From Tubiluchus corallicola (taxonomy: Eukaryota; Animalia; Priapulida), in the NCBI GenBank assembly GCA_030141605.1, contig JAQGDQ010000609.1, positions 65,123 through 129,122 on the forward strand: a stretch of DNA of 64,000 nucleotides, read 5' to 3'. The notes under the pieces are model-generated. The model did not search any database and had not been told where the DNA came from. It saw nothing but the letters and a program-made list of their open reading frames with translations. Positions 52,247 to 64,000 of the stretch are shown in pieces. The position numbers and the translations under genes were made by a program. Positions within the stretch are counted from its first letter, which is position 1; every line of letters begins with the position of its first letter.

Positions 52247-55200
52247 ATGGACGAGAAAAGTAAACAGAAACTATCGAGACTGAAAGCCAATAGAACACGG
52301 TTTCTCAATCTCAATGCAGCAAAACGGGCTAGCGAGTCAGCTTTAAAATTACTAGAACCCAGTGTAGGTTTTAGTATTGCAGCTTTGGCAGAAATCAATG
52401 AAAGTATAGCGCAAATATCTAACAAAATACAAAAGTTTACCAGTGCGTCCGAAAAGCTACAAGAAGAAGCGTCTGAATTGACAGTCGAGCCTGCCCAGCA
52501 AACTGAGTTAGACGAATTTTTAACTGAGGATGAACAAACTGTAGAAACAGTCGAGGTGATGTTAATGTCACTGCAGAAAAAATCGGCTGCATTTGAAGCG
52601 CAAAAACAGGAGGAATCTAGGTCGGCTAAATCTGAAGCTAGTGGACAACAACAATTTTTAGAGCAAATGACCAAGTTAGTAGAGAAATTACAAATTTCAC
52701 AGAAACCACAGCAAGAACATTATTCTTTACGCCTACCAATAATTGACATTCAGCCGTTTGATGGCGATATTACAAAATTCCAATCATTCTGGGATGCTTA
52801 CAAGGCAACCGTGCATGACAATGCCAGGTATTCAGATGTAGACAAATTGACATTTTTGCGTGAAAGGCTATGAAGTGATGCACTAGCAGCAATGGAAGGA
52901 TTCCAGGTCACAGGTGACAATTAGAAAGAAGCTGTGAAAATTTTGGAAAGGCGATTTGGACAAAAGGACTTAATTATTGATACAAATTATCGTGAACTTG
53001 AGAAAGTACCTGTCGCTGCAGACAACGCAGAAAGTCTAAGAAAGTGCCAGAACATGATTGAAAAACACTTGAGGAGTTTGGAAGTTTTAGGAGAGGATAT
53101 TAATCATAGGCACTTCCTCACAATTTTGGAAAGCAAATTGCCACATAGCGTTTTGTTTCATCTACATCTTACCAAGGACAAGAGTAAACGGTGGACTGCT
53201 AAAGACTTACGTATAGCACTAGAAGACTACATAGATACGCTTGAGACAACAGCACGCACAACCAAGTTGTCTGACAATAAAGACGACTACAATCCACCAT
53301 CACAGAAATCCAGCAGTGCAACGAATATGCGTTATAATCAACAGCGAAGCAACCGAAGTGAAGAAAGACATACAACAATCTTCGCTGGCAGTGAAAGCAA
53401 CATAGATCAACAGCCAGGAACCAAGCAAGTGTCACCAATCCAGTCACGAACCGCATGTCCATTTTGTGATACTTTGGGTCACTGGGTCCAGTCATGTGAG
53501 CATTCCAACTCGAGAATCTCGCATTCAGTGTTTGAAAGACAAACAGTTATGCTTCTTGTGCCTTCGTCTTTCACACCAAGCAAAGTTCTGTGAGCAAAAT
53601 CGTCGCACAGTGTGCTTTCATTGTAAAAGTGTCAATTCACATGTATCAGCAATTTGTCCTCGCAAATATAGTGAGTCTGGTGCGACAAATGTGTATCGTG
53701 CAGCTCTTACTACAGGTTGTACTTCCGATCCTGCTACAAGTCAAGTACAGGGTCACGTGTCAGCATGTCACATGTCAGCACTAGGTGACTCAGATATTTT
53801 ACAAACCGCGATGGTGTCAGTTAAATCTAATGTTTTTGCAAAAACACAAATTGAAGCACGTGTTCTTTTAGATTCAGGCAGCAATCATTCATACATAACC
53901 ACAGAGCTAGCCCATGAGCTCAATTTGCATATTCAGCCCCTACAAGACGCTGAAGTTTTCGTGTTTGGGGCAAAACAGCCAGTGACGATTCATCAAGGGC
54001 TTGCGAAGATCACAATGTACCTGAAAGCTGAGCCTCGTTTCAAAACTATTCAGTGCAGAGTGGTGCAACACTTAGCAGCACCAGTCAAAATGATGAATAT
54101 TACTGATCAGCCAGGCAGTTGGTTTTATAATTTCAAAGCTAAACATGGTCAAGATTGTTTGGCTGGCCCAACTCTTGTTTTTGATGGAGGTCCTTTATCT
54201 ATTCAAATGTTACTTGGTTCTAGTGTATTTTGGAAGGTAGTTAAACCACGTCGTTATCGATTGCCGAAATCAGACCTTGAATTTGTTGAGTCTAGTTTTG
54301 GGTTTTTACTTACTGGCACTCAAGAATTGAGTAATTCCAGTTTAAGTGATAGGCCAATTATAAGCATGTCATTCAAGCGTATACTAAAAGAGTTAAAACA
54401 ACCAGAGCCTGACAATTCAAACACTGATACTGGCAGTCGACAATGTACATGGGAACATGAGTATTATACGTCCAATGTTGATCAATGTTCTAGCTGTTAC
54501 AATGCAGAGTACAATGTCAGTGGTAGGTATGAGAATTTATTAGATTTTAGTGATGCCCAAGTAGTTCAGTCAAACTGCACAGCAACAAACTCGTTTCTAA
54601 ATAATATTAAGTGTAGCCAAATTATAGCACCTCAGTGTACTGCAAACACAACAACTTTGCAGACTGATGTTAGTTTAGTATCAATTCCTCGGACAGACTT
54701 GGATAATTTTTGCAAGGATACATGTTATGAACAGTATAATGTTGCTAATGTTTTTGCTAATTCAGAATGTCAACTAGGCCTATCTAGTACTCTGTGTAGT
54801 GAGCCTAGAATTCTAGCTTATGATGTTGATAATTATGCGGAAAGCAGAGATAAATCTTGCGTGAATGTGTTGCCTATTTCGCAGCAAGCTGCTTCTGAAA
54901 ATTTAACTGAGCCAGCTGCTGGCAAGCTGCCAAATCAAAAGTTACAAAACGTCTTTACTGGCGCGATTGTTTCTGAAGCATCTACAGCAGACAATGAATT
55001 TGCGCTTCACGATTTCGCGACTGCAAACAATTTTGCAGAGCAAAGGGGAGAACGGTCAGGTTTTAGTAGTGATTACACAGCTTTAACACACAATAGTTTA
55101 ATAGCGCAATCGCAAGCTAGTTTGGAAACAAACGTTAATCCGATAGTCATGTCAAGCATAACTAATGTTAGTTATCATTTACACTGGGTAGCAAATACAT

Positions 55201-58200
55201 GTGCATCGGGGGAGCAAGTTGAAGGCATTTCGTCCAATAAGCCCACTTTGCAAGTTTACAATACAGACAAGTCAATGAACAATACACAAAATTGTACACG
55301 TGAACTCTCTAAATTCTGGGATTTAGATTCGTTGGGAATTACCGATTCTCCCAGTAATTTAACAAAGGCAGAAGAAGAGGCGATTGTAGAAGGCCATTTT
55401 AATAGAACTGCTTACATTTTGAACGGTCAGTTCAGAGTTTCTTGGCCAGTTCGTGATAGAGATAAGTTAGCCAAGCTCCCTACGAATCTTGATTTGTGCA
55501 GAGCACGCTTACAAAATGTTGTATTTAGACTTAAGCAAAATCCAACACTTTTACAAGCATACAACAAAATCTTTCAACAGCAGTTACAGGATGCTATAAT
55601 AGAAAAGTGTGACGGAAATTTTCCAGCAGGAAAGCCATTAACTTACTTTCCTCACACCTTTGTCTTAAAAGATAGCCAGACTTCACCATTACGTATAGTT
55701 TTTGATGCGAGTTGTAAGAAGAAAAAGTCGGTGTTATCACTAAATGATTGTTTGTATACTGGCGCAAATCATCTTCAAGTTTTAGCAGGTCTTTTGATTA
55801 GATTTATGATACACAAGTATATCTTGATGGGTGATTTATCTAAGGCGTTCTTACAAATCGAGCTTGACTACCCCTCCCGTGATTTGGTTCGTTTTCTTTG
55901 GGTGAAAGATATTACAAAGCCAATTTGCGATGACAACATACAGCATTTTCGTTACAAAAGAGTTAATTTTGGGGTAGTGTCTTCACCCTATTTGCTAACG
56001 GCTACACTTAGGAAGCATCTTACTGAATCTAACAACGAGTAAAGTGGGCGCATACTTAGCAACATGTATGTAGACAATCTTTTGGCGACGGTAGAAGATG
56101 AAGCTGATGCAATACACTTATATCAAGCAGCAAAGGAAGTATTTTCTGAGATTTCCATGAACATGAATCAGTGGTTTTCTAACATTAAAGGGCTAGACCA
56201 GCAATTTTATTCAGATGATCGAGCAGAAGTCAAACCAACGCAGAAGGTTTTAGGTTTAATTTGGCACTCCCAAACTGACGAAGTCAGTTATTCTTGTTCA
56301 GCTCCAAGTGATTTACATGCGGTCAACACAAAAAGAGAAGCACTGAAAAATGTATCAGCCGTTTTTGAACTTCTTGGATGGATTAGTCCTTTATTAGTCG
56401 AAGCAAAGAGATTCATAGCCACATTATGGAAAGAACATGTTGATTGGGACACTGTGTTCACCCAAAAGCAGCAAGTTCAGTGGGAAAATGTTGCAAACAC
56501 CTTATCGTCAATTTACAGTCTGAGGATTCCCAGATACACAGAAACAGGTGATTTTAGCAAAGTAGATATTGTGTCATTCAGTGACAGTTCTTCATGGTGT
56601 TATGGTGCAGTATCTTACTTGAGATTAGTTCAGCCTGGTGAATCAGGCTTTGTAAAGCTGATTTGTGCGAAGACTAGGTTTGCACCCCCATGCCAAATTT
56701 ATATTCGAAGACTGGAGTTTCTTGATATACTACTAGCAGTTCGTTGTATAAGTTTTTATTGACACATCTTCAATTACATATCAACGAAGTGCACATCTTT
56801 AGTGATAGTAAATGCGCATTATTTTGGGTGCTTAAATGGACGCTCCTTGAAAATGTTTATGAGGAACAGAGTGGAAGAGATCAGGTCTCTTCAGAACGCT
56901 ACATTTCACTTTGTGTCAACAGAATAAAACCCAGCAGACTTGGCTTCTCGTGGTGTAAAGGACTCCGAGACCTTAATGAATAGCATATGGTTCAACCCTC
57001 CAGCATGGTTGAAAGAACCCCAAGAATACTGGCCACAATCGGATATACCAGTTACTTCTGTCGAGGATCAGCAACAGATAGATTCCGAAATGGGAGAATG
57101 CGAAGTGCCAGTTTTCTTGACAATTAGTGAGCAACCCAATGAGTCACTAGTTGATTTAACGAGGTACTCGAGTTTTGAGAAGGTAGTACGAGTAACGGCC
57201 TATGTTATGAGAGCTTTAGGTAGATGGAAACACACTGAGAATGATGTTCAAACAGGCCTTATGGCATCTGAGCAAGTAAAAGCAGACATAATTCTAATTA
57301 AGCAAGTCCAACGTCAACACTTCAGCAAAGAGATCAGAGACTTACAGTCTAATAAAAAGAACTGCTTAGTACAGCAACTAAGTCTGTATTTGGATTCTGA
57401 AAACCTGTTGAGATGTAAAGGCAGGATTCAACATTCGGATTTTACATATGCTAGCACAAATCCAGCTCTCTTGTCACGAAAAGATCATGCCACTCGACTA
57501 ATTATTCAGAGAGTACATGAGCAACAGCTCCATAGTGGAGTATCACAGACATTAGCACAGCTGAGATGTGCATACTGGGTACTCAAAGGTCGTGCAGCAG
57601 TACAAGAAGTAATTCAAGGATGTTTAATCTGTAGACGTGCAAGTGGTCCACCATACTAAGCACCACCCATGCCTGGACTACCACCAGCAAGAGTCAACAG
57701 AAACTTGGTATTTAGTCAAATTGGATTAGATATGTAGGTCCGTTTTGGATAAAAAACTTCACTTCATTGTCAGAAAAACATGAAGTCAAAAAGGTTTGGG
57801 CTTGCGTGTTTACGTGTATGAGCACCAGAGCCGTACACTTAGAGCTTACAGAAGACCTTAGTACCGAGGAGTTTTTGTCATGTTTTCGCAGATTTGCAGC
57901 AAGAAGAGCGACAATGCAGCACAAGTCAAACTAACAAAAACTGTCCTGGATAGAGCGTGGTCTCAAACTCCCCAAAGCCCTGCTGTTTTAGATTATGCAG
58001 CTCAGCATCGTATCAGTTGGGAGAACATTGTAGAGCTAGCTCCCTGGTTTGGAGGTTTCTATGAAAGGATGGTTGCTATGATAAAGTCGGCTCTGAAAAA
58101 ATCAACAGGTCGACGTCTTCTGACTCGAACTCAGTTTGTAACGCTGCTGTGTGAAATCGAAGGCGTGATCAATTCTCGACCTCTCTGTTACGTAGATCAG

Positions 58201-58806
58201 GATATCAATTCAATACGCGTCATAACCCCAGCTGATTTCATATCACTGAAAGGTGACCTTGGCACTTTATATTGAAAAAAAGATGACGAGTACAAGCCGA
58301 ATCAGCCAGACTCTGTGGACAAGGTTTTGCAATGCTGGAAAAGAGGACAGATCATCCTGAATAAGTTTTGGGACATCTGGAGGAAGGAGTATGTGTTGTC
58401 ATTGAGGGAGCGTTATAACAAATCAATCAAGCAATCAAGGTCAGCTCTAAATTCAATGCCTAAAATAGGTGACGTAGTTCTGGTTCAGGATGATCTTCCA
58501 AGGAGTCAATGGAGAGTTGGCAGGATACTTTCTCTAAAACATAGCCATGATGAGATGTGCAGATCAGTTTCTGTGAGGCTACCTTCAGGCAATATCATCA
58601 ATCGTTCTATTACCCAGCTTTACCCCCTTGAACTTCCTGCAACACAGACAAGTGTTACAGATGCCAAGCAGTACAAAACAGATAACACTACACGGCACAA
58701 AGAAATTAACACACCACAAATAGTTATAGAGCCCACTAATAAGCGATCAAAAAGAAAGCCAGCCGGAAAGCTGGTGACAAAATTCGAGGGTGGGTTGAGA
58801 ACCTAA
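52247..58806 (+). pseudogene. BEL/Pao gag-pol polyprotein pseudogene (several stops and frameshifts)
   Basis: DUF1759-type Gag (PFDGDITKFQSFW), three CCHC-like knuckles, protease LLDSGS, RT (LRIVFDAS, DLSKAFLQI, FGVVSSPYLL, YVDN), RNase H (FSDSS), HHCC, integrase core (GGFYERMV) and a DUF5641-type C-terminus (FWDIWRKEY). Confidence 0.95.
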
Positions 58807-58847
58807 ATTCGTAGGTAGAATGTTCATGGCATCTTCCCTCGGGGGAG

Positions 58848-59153
58848 TGTGCTGACGCAATCAGAATGATCACGTGACCGGGGATTGTTCGGCGCGCACG
58901 AGTCTGCAGGAGACGAGTGCGAAAAGGCGGACATGCTTGTTTAGATTACTAGTGTTATAAAGAGTTTTGTTAAGAGTCTTTGCTTGTGAAATTGTCATAG
59001 AACTTTTTGTTTCACACCGCAAGTTGTATAATACAGAAGATATCAATATACAAATTTTTGTGGCAAGTTTGACTGTTTTACGATTTTCGATATACAAGTA
59101 AATTATAGATAATTAGCTCTAAAACTTGGGCGAAGTGACAGGGCAACGCCACA
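58848..59153 (+). repeat. BEL/Pao 3' LTR (~306 bp)
   Basis: Follows the PPT; its last ~105 bp match 52070-52177. Confidence 0.88.
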
Positions 59154-59155
59154 GC

Positions 59156-59197
<42 letters not shown>

Positions 59198-59277
59198 AAC
59201 AACAACAACAACAACAACAGCAACAACAACAACAACAGCAGCAGCAGCAGCAGCAACAACAACAACAATAATAATAA
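59154..59277. repeat. (CAA)n/(CAG)n microsatellite abutting the LTR
   Basis: Visible. Confidence 0.95.
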
Positions 59278-60240
59278 AGTAATCAATGTTTTGCGTGATG
59301 CTAATTGGTAAGTGCAACAAAGCAAGGAGATTTACGCAAAATAATTTCACCTTTATACAATAAATTTCCATTTTAATTTTTAACCCAATTTTTGGCGCCC
59401 GCTTTGCTGCGAAGTGTACCAACAAACTGTGCAAGCTTCAAACAGTATTGTTTATTTTCTAGATTAGGTCAAAACAATCTACTCTATAAAATATTGGAAG
59501 GAAACATACTATTTTTTCAGAATGTCTTACGTAAAACAATTATTACTACACAAGCACAATTTCATGTTCGCGCCACTAGTTCTTCACTGTTACATGCATT
59601 TCGCCATTCGCTAGTTAGACGGGTACCTGCGTTTGGGAAACGCATTGCACAAAAAACAAGTTGCTGTACCTTTTAGTTCAGATGTGTTAGCATGTGACGA
59701 ACTGCACACGTTCGACAGCTCATGCCTGAGCATGGCAGTAAATTTGATATTTGAATTTTTATCTTAAAACGTGCCTAGTTTTAGTACAACACACTGAATA
59801 TTTTACAGTAGCACTGCACTTCAATTTTCACTTTCACAAACGCGTGCAACACGCTCGTGAAATATTTTTGCTGTTGAAAATTATGTTAGTTTGTGATGTC
59901 ATCAATAATTTTGATCGCCAACCGTTAAGTAAGTTTTTAATCTATCATTTAATTGTCAGAAACGCTGTTGCAGTATTGTGTTAAAATGTATACTTTTTAT
60001 TGGATTTGAAAATGGTATATGAAAAATCGTCCTGTCTTCCTTTAATATATCAGCAAATTGTCACCATTAAAAGAAAGCACATGCCTGCACCTTTCGTACA
60101 AATTCTTGCTTAAAACAGCATAAAACAGGACACACCTCGAAAGCCCCTGGGGGTGTAGCTCTTCTTTCCATAGTTCAAAACCCCAGCTGACCAGTTGACA
60201 CCCAGGCTAAATATTTAGCAATGGTCTTCTCTGTAAACAA
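59278..60240 (+). mobile_element. Dispersed repeat 'R', longest copy (~960 bp)
   Basis: Other copies at 11750-12258, 51502-52069 and 62531-63440. Confidence 0.85.
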
Positions 60241-60334
60241 CTAACAAACGGGTTCGTGTCGTGTATTATTGTTAAACCCGGCAGGGATAGGATAGACAAC
60301 GTACTTGGTAACTTGGTAACAGATACTTATTATT

Positions 60335-60910
60335 TTAGTTTAAACATAATTTATTATAGGATTGGATCAGTCAGTTTGAACAACATGATTTAGGATCCTC
60401 ACCACAACAGACTTTATACACTATTTACAAAAACATTTACAGTAAGAATAGACTATAAGTACATAAGCTGACAAGTTTTACTACGAGATTACAATAGACA
60501 TTAGTAGAAAATGACGGTTAGAAAATATTAATGTACGAATATTTAAGACTGATGCATTTCATATCAGATAGAATCTACTGGAAGCGTTTAGTACGTAATA
60601 TAAAGTCATGTATGCATTGGAATATTTTACAGTTAGAAACATAGTTAAATTCATCTTTTCCGAATAATAACAACTTCAACAGATCATTAGTTCCTAAGGC
60701 AGGTATATTAAGGTTTTCCGGCAGAAGTATTGCATTTAATTTATCAAACATAACAACCCTAGTTTGTTGATACAATGGGCAGTGCAACAAAAAGTGTTCA
60801 ACAGACTCAAATCGAAATCCACAGTTACAATTCAGCAATACTGTATGACCGTTATTATCTTTACAACCTTCAGAGAAAAGGTCGTAGTTTAGCTGAGAAA
60901 ATCTGATCAC
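60335..60910 (-). mobile_element. CR1-group-like LINE 3' fragment (ORF2 CCHC end plus 3' UTR)
   Basis: CNCGFRFESVEHFLLHCPLY...LLLFG...FILRTKRF stop; the 3' UTR is shared with 5915-6282. Confidence 0.85.
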
Positions 60911-61181
60911 CCGAAGATACTTTTATATTGAAGTTCAGAAATTGCCAATTTTTTTTACTTTTGAGCCAATTTTATCTGCATGACGGGAAAGTTAATTTTG
61001 CGCCACCTACGCGAGGTCAAAGTTACAAAACTCACACTGCTGTGCTTACCGTTTTATTTTTCAGGAGAAAAAGTCATTTTATTAACCATTCTGACAGTTT
61101 TGCTTTTCTTGACATGACAGCTCGATAAAAGATTTGCTTTTAAACGATAATAAAACACAATTATGCCATTAAGCCTGAGAG

Positions 61182-61400
61182 TAAAGCTACGACTCCGTGC
61201 GCGAGTAATGCGTGATCCGTAGTGCGTTATGCGTGATGCGTATTCAGGCAATAGCCTTCACGTTAGAGTGAGTGCACCACGCATTACGGATTACGCATCA
61301 CGTACACATAGAAACACTTGGACTTGCTTAATTACAAACTGTTGTGTACGCATTACGCACCATGGATCACGCATTACGCGCACACGAAGTCGTACCTTTA
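61182..61400. mobile_element. MITE (PIF/Harbinger-like) with ~50-bp TIRs
   Basis: taaagctacgactccgtgcgcgagtaatgcgtgatcc versus the reverse complement of ggatcacgcattacgcgcacacgaagtcgtaccttta; taa and tta at the ends. Confidence 0.85.
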
Positions 61401-61473
61401 AAAGTTAATTTACAAGTTTGAAACAAAATTCCGTCAATTATTTGCCCGTTTAGTAAGCAGTAATTATTTAGCA

Positions 61474-62535
61474 TGAGAACTCAAAAATTAGTTAGGCTGT
61501 CTGTTGAGAACTAAAAAGTTAGTGGGGCTGTCTGTTGAGAACTCAAAAATTAGTTAGGCTGTTTGTTGAGAACTCAAAAATTAGTTAGGCTGTCTGTTGA
61601 GAAATCAAAAATTAGTTAGGCTGTCTGTTAAGAGAACTCAAAAATTAGTTAGGCTATCTGTTAAGAGAACTCAAAAATTAGTTAGGCTGTCTGTTGAGAA
61701 CTAAAAAATTAGTTAGGCTGTCTGTTGAGAACTAAAAAATTGGTTAGGTTGTCCGTTGAGAACTAAAAAATTAGTTAGGTTGTCCGTTGAGAACTAAAAA
61801 ATTAGTTAGGTTGTCTGTTGATAACTAAAAAATTAGTTAGGCTGTCTGTTGAGAACTAAAAAATCAGTGGGGCTTTCTGTTGAGAACTAAAAAATTAGTT
61901 AGGTTGTCTGTTGAGAACTAAAAAATTAGTTAGGCTGTCTGTTGAGAACTAAAAAATTAGTTAGGCTGTCTGTTGAGAACTAAAAATTAGTTAGGCTGTC
62001 TGTTGAGAACTGAAAAATTAGTTAGGCTGTCTGTTGAGAACTAAAAAATTAGTGGGGCTTTCTGTTGAGAACTCAAAAATTAGTTAGGCTGTCTGTAGAG
62101 AACTGAAAAATTAGTTAGGTTGTCTGTTGAGAACTAAAAAGTTAGTGGGGCTGTCTGTTGAGAACTAAAAAATTAGTTAGACTGCCTGTTCAGAACTAAA
62201 AAATTAGTGGGGCTGTCTGTTGAGAACTAAAAGATTAGTTAGGCTGTCTGTTGAGAACTAAAAAATTAGCTAGGTTGTCTGTTGAGAACTAAAAAATTAG
62301 TTAGGCTGTCTGTTGAGAACTAAAAAGTTAGTGGGGCTGTCTGTTGAGAACTAAAAAATTAGGTAGACTGCCTGTTGAGAACTAACAAATTAGTGGGGCT
62401 GTCTGTTGAGAACTAAAAATGAGTTAGGCTGTCTGTTGAGAACTAAAAAATGAGTTAGGCTGTCTGTTGAGAACTAAAAAATTTGTTAGGCTGTCTGTTG
62501 AGAACTAAAAAATTATTTAGGCTGTCTGTTGAGAA
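61474..62535. repeat. 31-bp minisatellite, ~34 copies
   Basis: Unit gagaactaaaaaattagttaggctgtctgtt. Confidence 0.97.
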
Positions 62536-63476
62536 GACCATTGCTAAATATTTAGCCTGGTGTCAACTTACTGGTCAGCTGGGGTTTAACCATGGAAAGA
62601 AGAGCTACACCCCCAGGGCTTTCGAGTGTCCTCCGGTTTTATGCTGCTTCAAGCAAGAATTTGTACGAAAGGTGCAGGCATGTGCTTTGATGGTGACAAT
62701 TTGCTGATATATTGGGGCGGAAGACAGGATGATTTTTGATATACTACCCCATTTTCAAGTTCGGTAAAAAGTTGACATTTTAACACAATTAATACTGCAA
62801 AAGCGTTTCTAGTAATTAAATAATAGTTTAAAAACTTAATTAATGGCGAGCGAGTCCAACTGTTGATGACATCACAAACTAACATAATTTTCAACGGCAA
62901 AAACATTCCACGAGCATGCTGCACGTGTTTGCGAAAGCGAAAATTGAACTACAGTGCTACTGTAAGATATTCAGTGTGTTGTACTAAAACTAGACAAGTT
63001 TTAAGAAAAAAATTCAAATTTTAGATTTACCTCTGTGCTCACGCATGAGTTGTTGAACGTGTGTAGTTCGTCACAAACTGAGAGGTACAGCACCTGTTTT
63101 TTACGCAATGCGTTTCGAAATGCAGGCCCGTCTAACTAGCGAATGGCGAAATGCATGTAACAGCGAAGAACTAATAATTCTTTCACGTAAATCATTTTTG
63201 AAAAAATAGTAAGTTTCCTTTCAATATTTTAAAGAGTAGATTGTTTTGACCGCATCTAGAAAAATAAACAATACTGTTTGAAGCTGCACAGTTTGTTGGT
63301 ACACTTCTGCAAGTGTGCTGGCGCCAAAAAATTGGGTTAAAAATTAAAATGGAAATTTATTGTATAAAGGTGAAATTGCTTTATAACTTCCGTTTTGTTG
63401 AAAATTTACCAATTAGCATCACGCAAAACATTGATTACTTTATTATTATTGTTGTTGTTGCTGCTGCTGCTGCTGC

Positions 63477-63507
<31 letters not shown>

Positions 63508-63509
63508 AG

Positions 63510-63582
<73 letters not shown>

Positions 63583-63978
63583 GCTGTGGCGTTGCCCTGT
63601 CACTTCGCCCAAGTTTTAGAGCTAATTATCTATAATTTACTTGTATAATCAAAAATCGTAAAGCAGTAAAAACTTGTCACAAAAATTTGTTTATTGATAT
63701 CTTCTGTATTTCACAAACAAAGACGCTAACGAAACTTTTATAACGCTAGTAATCTAAACAACATGTCCGCTCTTTTTACACTTGTCTTCTGCAGACTCGT
63801 GCGCGCCGAACAATCCCCGGTCACGTGATCATTCTGATTGCGTCAGCACACTCCCCCGAGGGAAGATGCCGTGAACAGCCTACCTACAAATTTGGGTTTC
63901 AACCCACCTCGAATTTTGTCACCAGCTTTCCGGCTGGCTTTCTTTTTGATCGCTTTATTAGTGGCTCTATAACTATTT
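62531..63978 (-). repeat. Inverted copy of 58718-60231: repeat R, (TTG)n, BEL LTR (63585-63850), PPT and pol 3' end
   Basis: Colinear reverse-complement match with substitutions and small deletions. Confidence 0.92.
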
Positions 63979-64000
63979 AGGCGGCACTTTAAATTATGGC

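Larger units (their letters stand above)
52070..59153 (+). mobile_element. BEL/Pao LTR retrotransposon, decayed; 5' LTR truncated (~52070-52177), 3' LTR 58848-59153
   Basis: The 5' LTR remnant matches the end of the 3' LTR. TGTG...CACA termini, a PBS, a purine tract gggggag before the 3' LTR, and domain order gag-PR-RT-RH-IN. Confidence 0.95.

Overview
This is AT-rich, intron-containing eukaryotic (metazoan) genomic DNA. A lophotrochozoan such as a mollusc is my guess from gene and repeat content, not something the sequence proves. Three host genes can be supported: a single-coding-exon PTB/PID-domain protein with a long disordered tail (+, 13819-16464), a 4-exon SLC16/monocarboxylate transporter (-, 41006-36452, 522 aa), and a 3-coding-exon B4GAT1/GT49-like glycosyltransferase (-, 50613-45722). 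The right third holds a decayed BEL/Pao LTR retrotransposon (about 52070-59153, tRNA-Phe-like PBS) with a large open insertion between protease and RT. Its 3' end and flank are repeated as an inverted copy at 62531-63978. The rest is LINE fragments, MITEs, at least eight minisatellite arrays and many microsatellites; most ORFs in the supplied track are repeat artefacts. The most interesting observations are a 5S-rRNA-headed SINE-like element with a (CAA)n tail, whose body recurs elsewhere beside the same 3' flank; 171-174 bp tandem duplications spanning the stop codons of two different genes; and satellites that appear to grow out of mobile-element termini. I found no CRISPR, prokaryotic or viral system. 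All alignments were made by eye and no database search was run.
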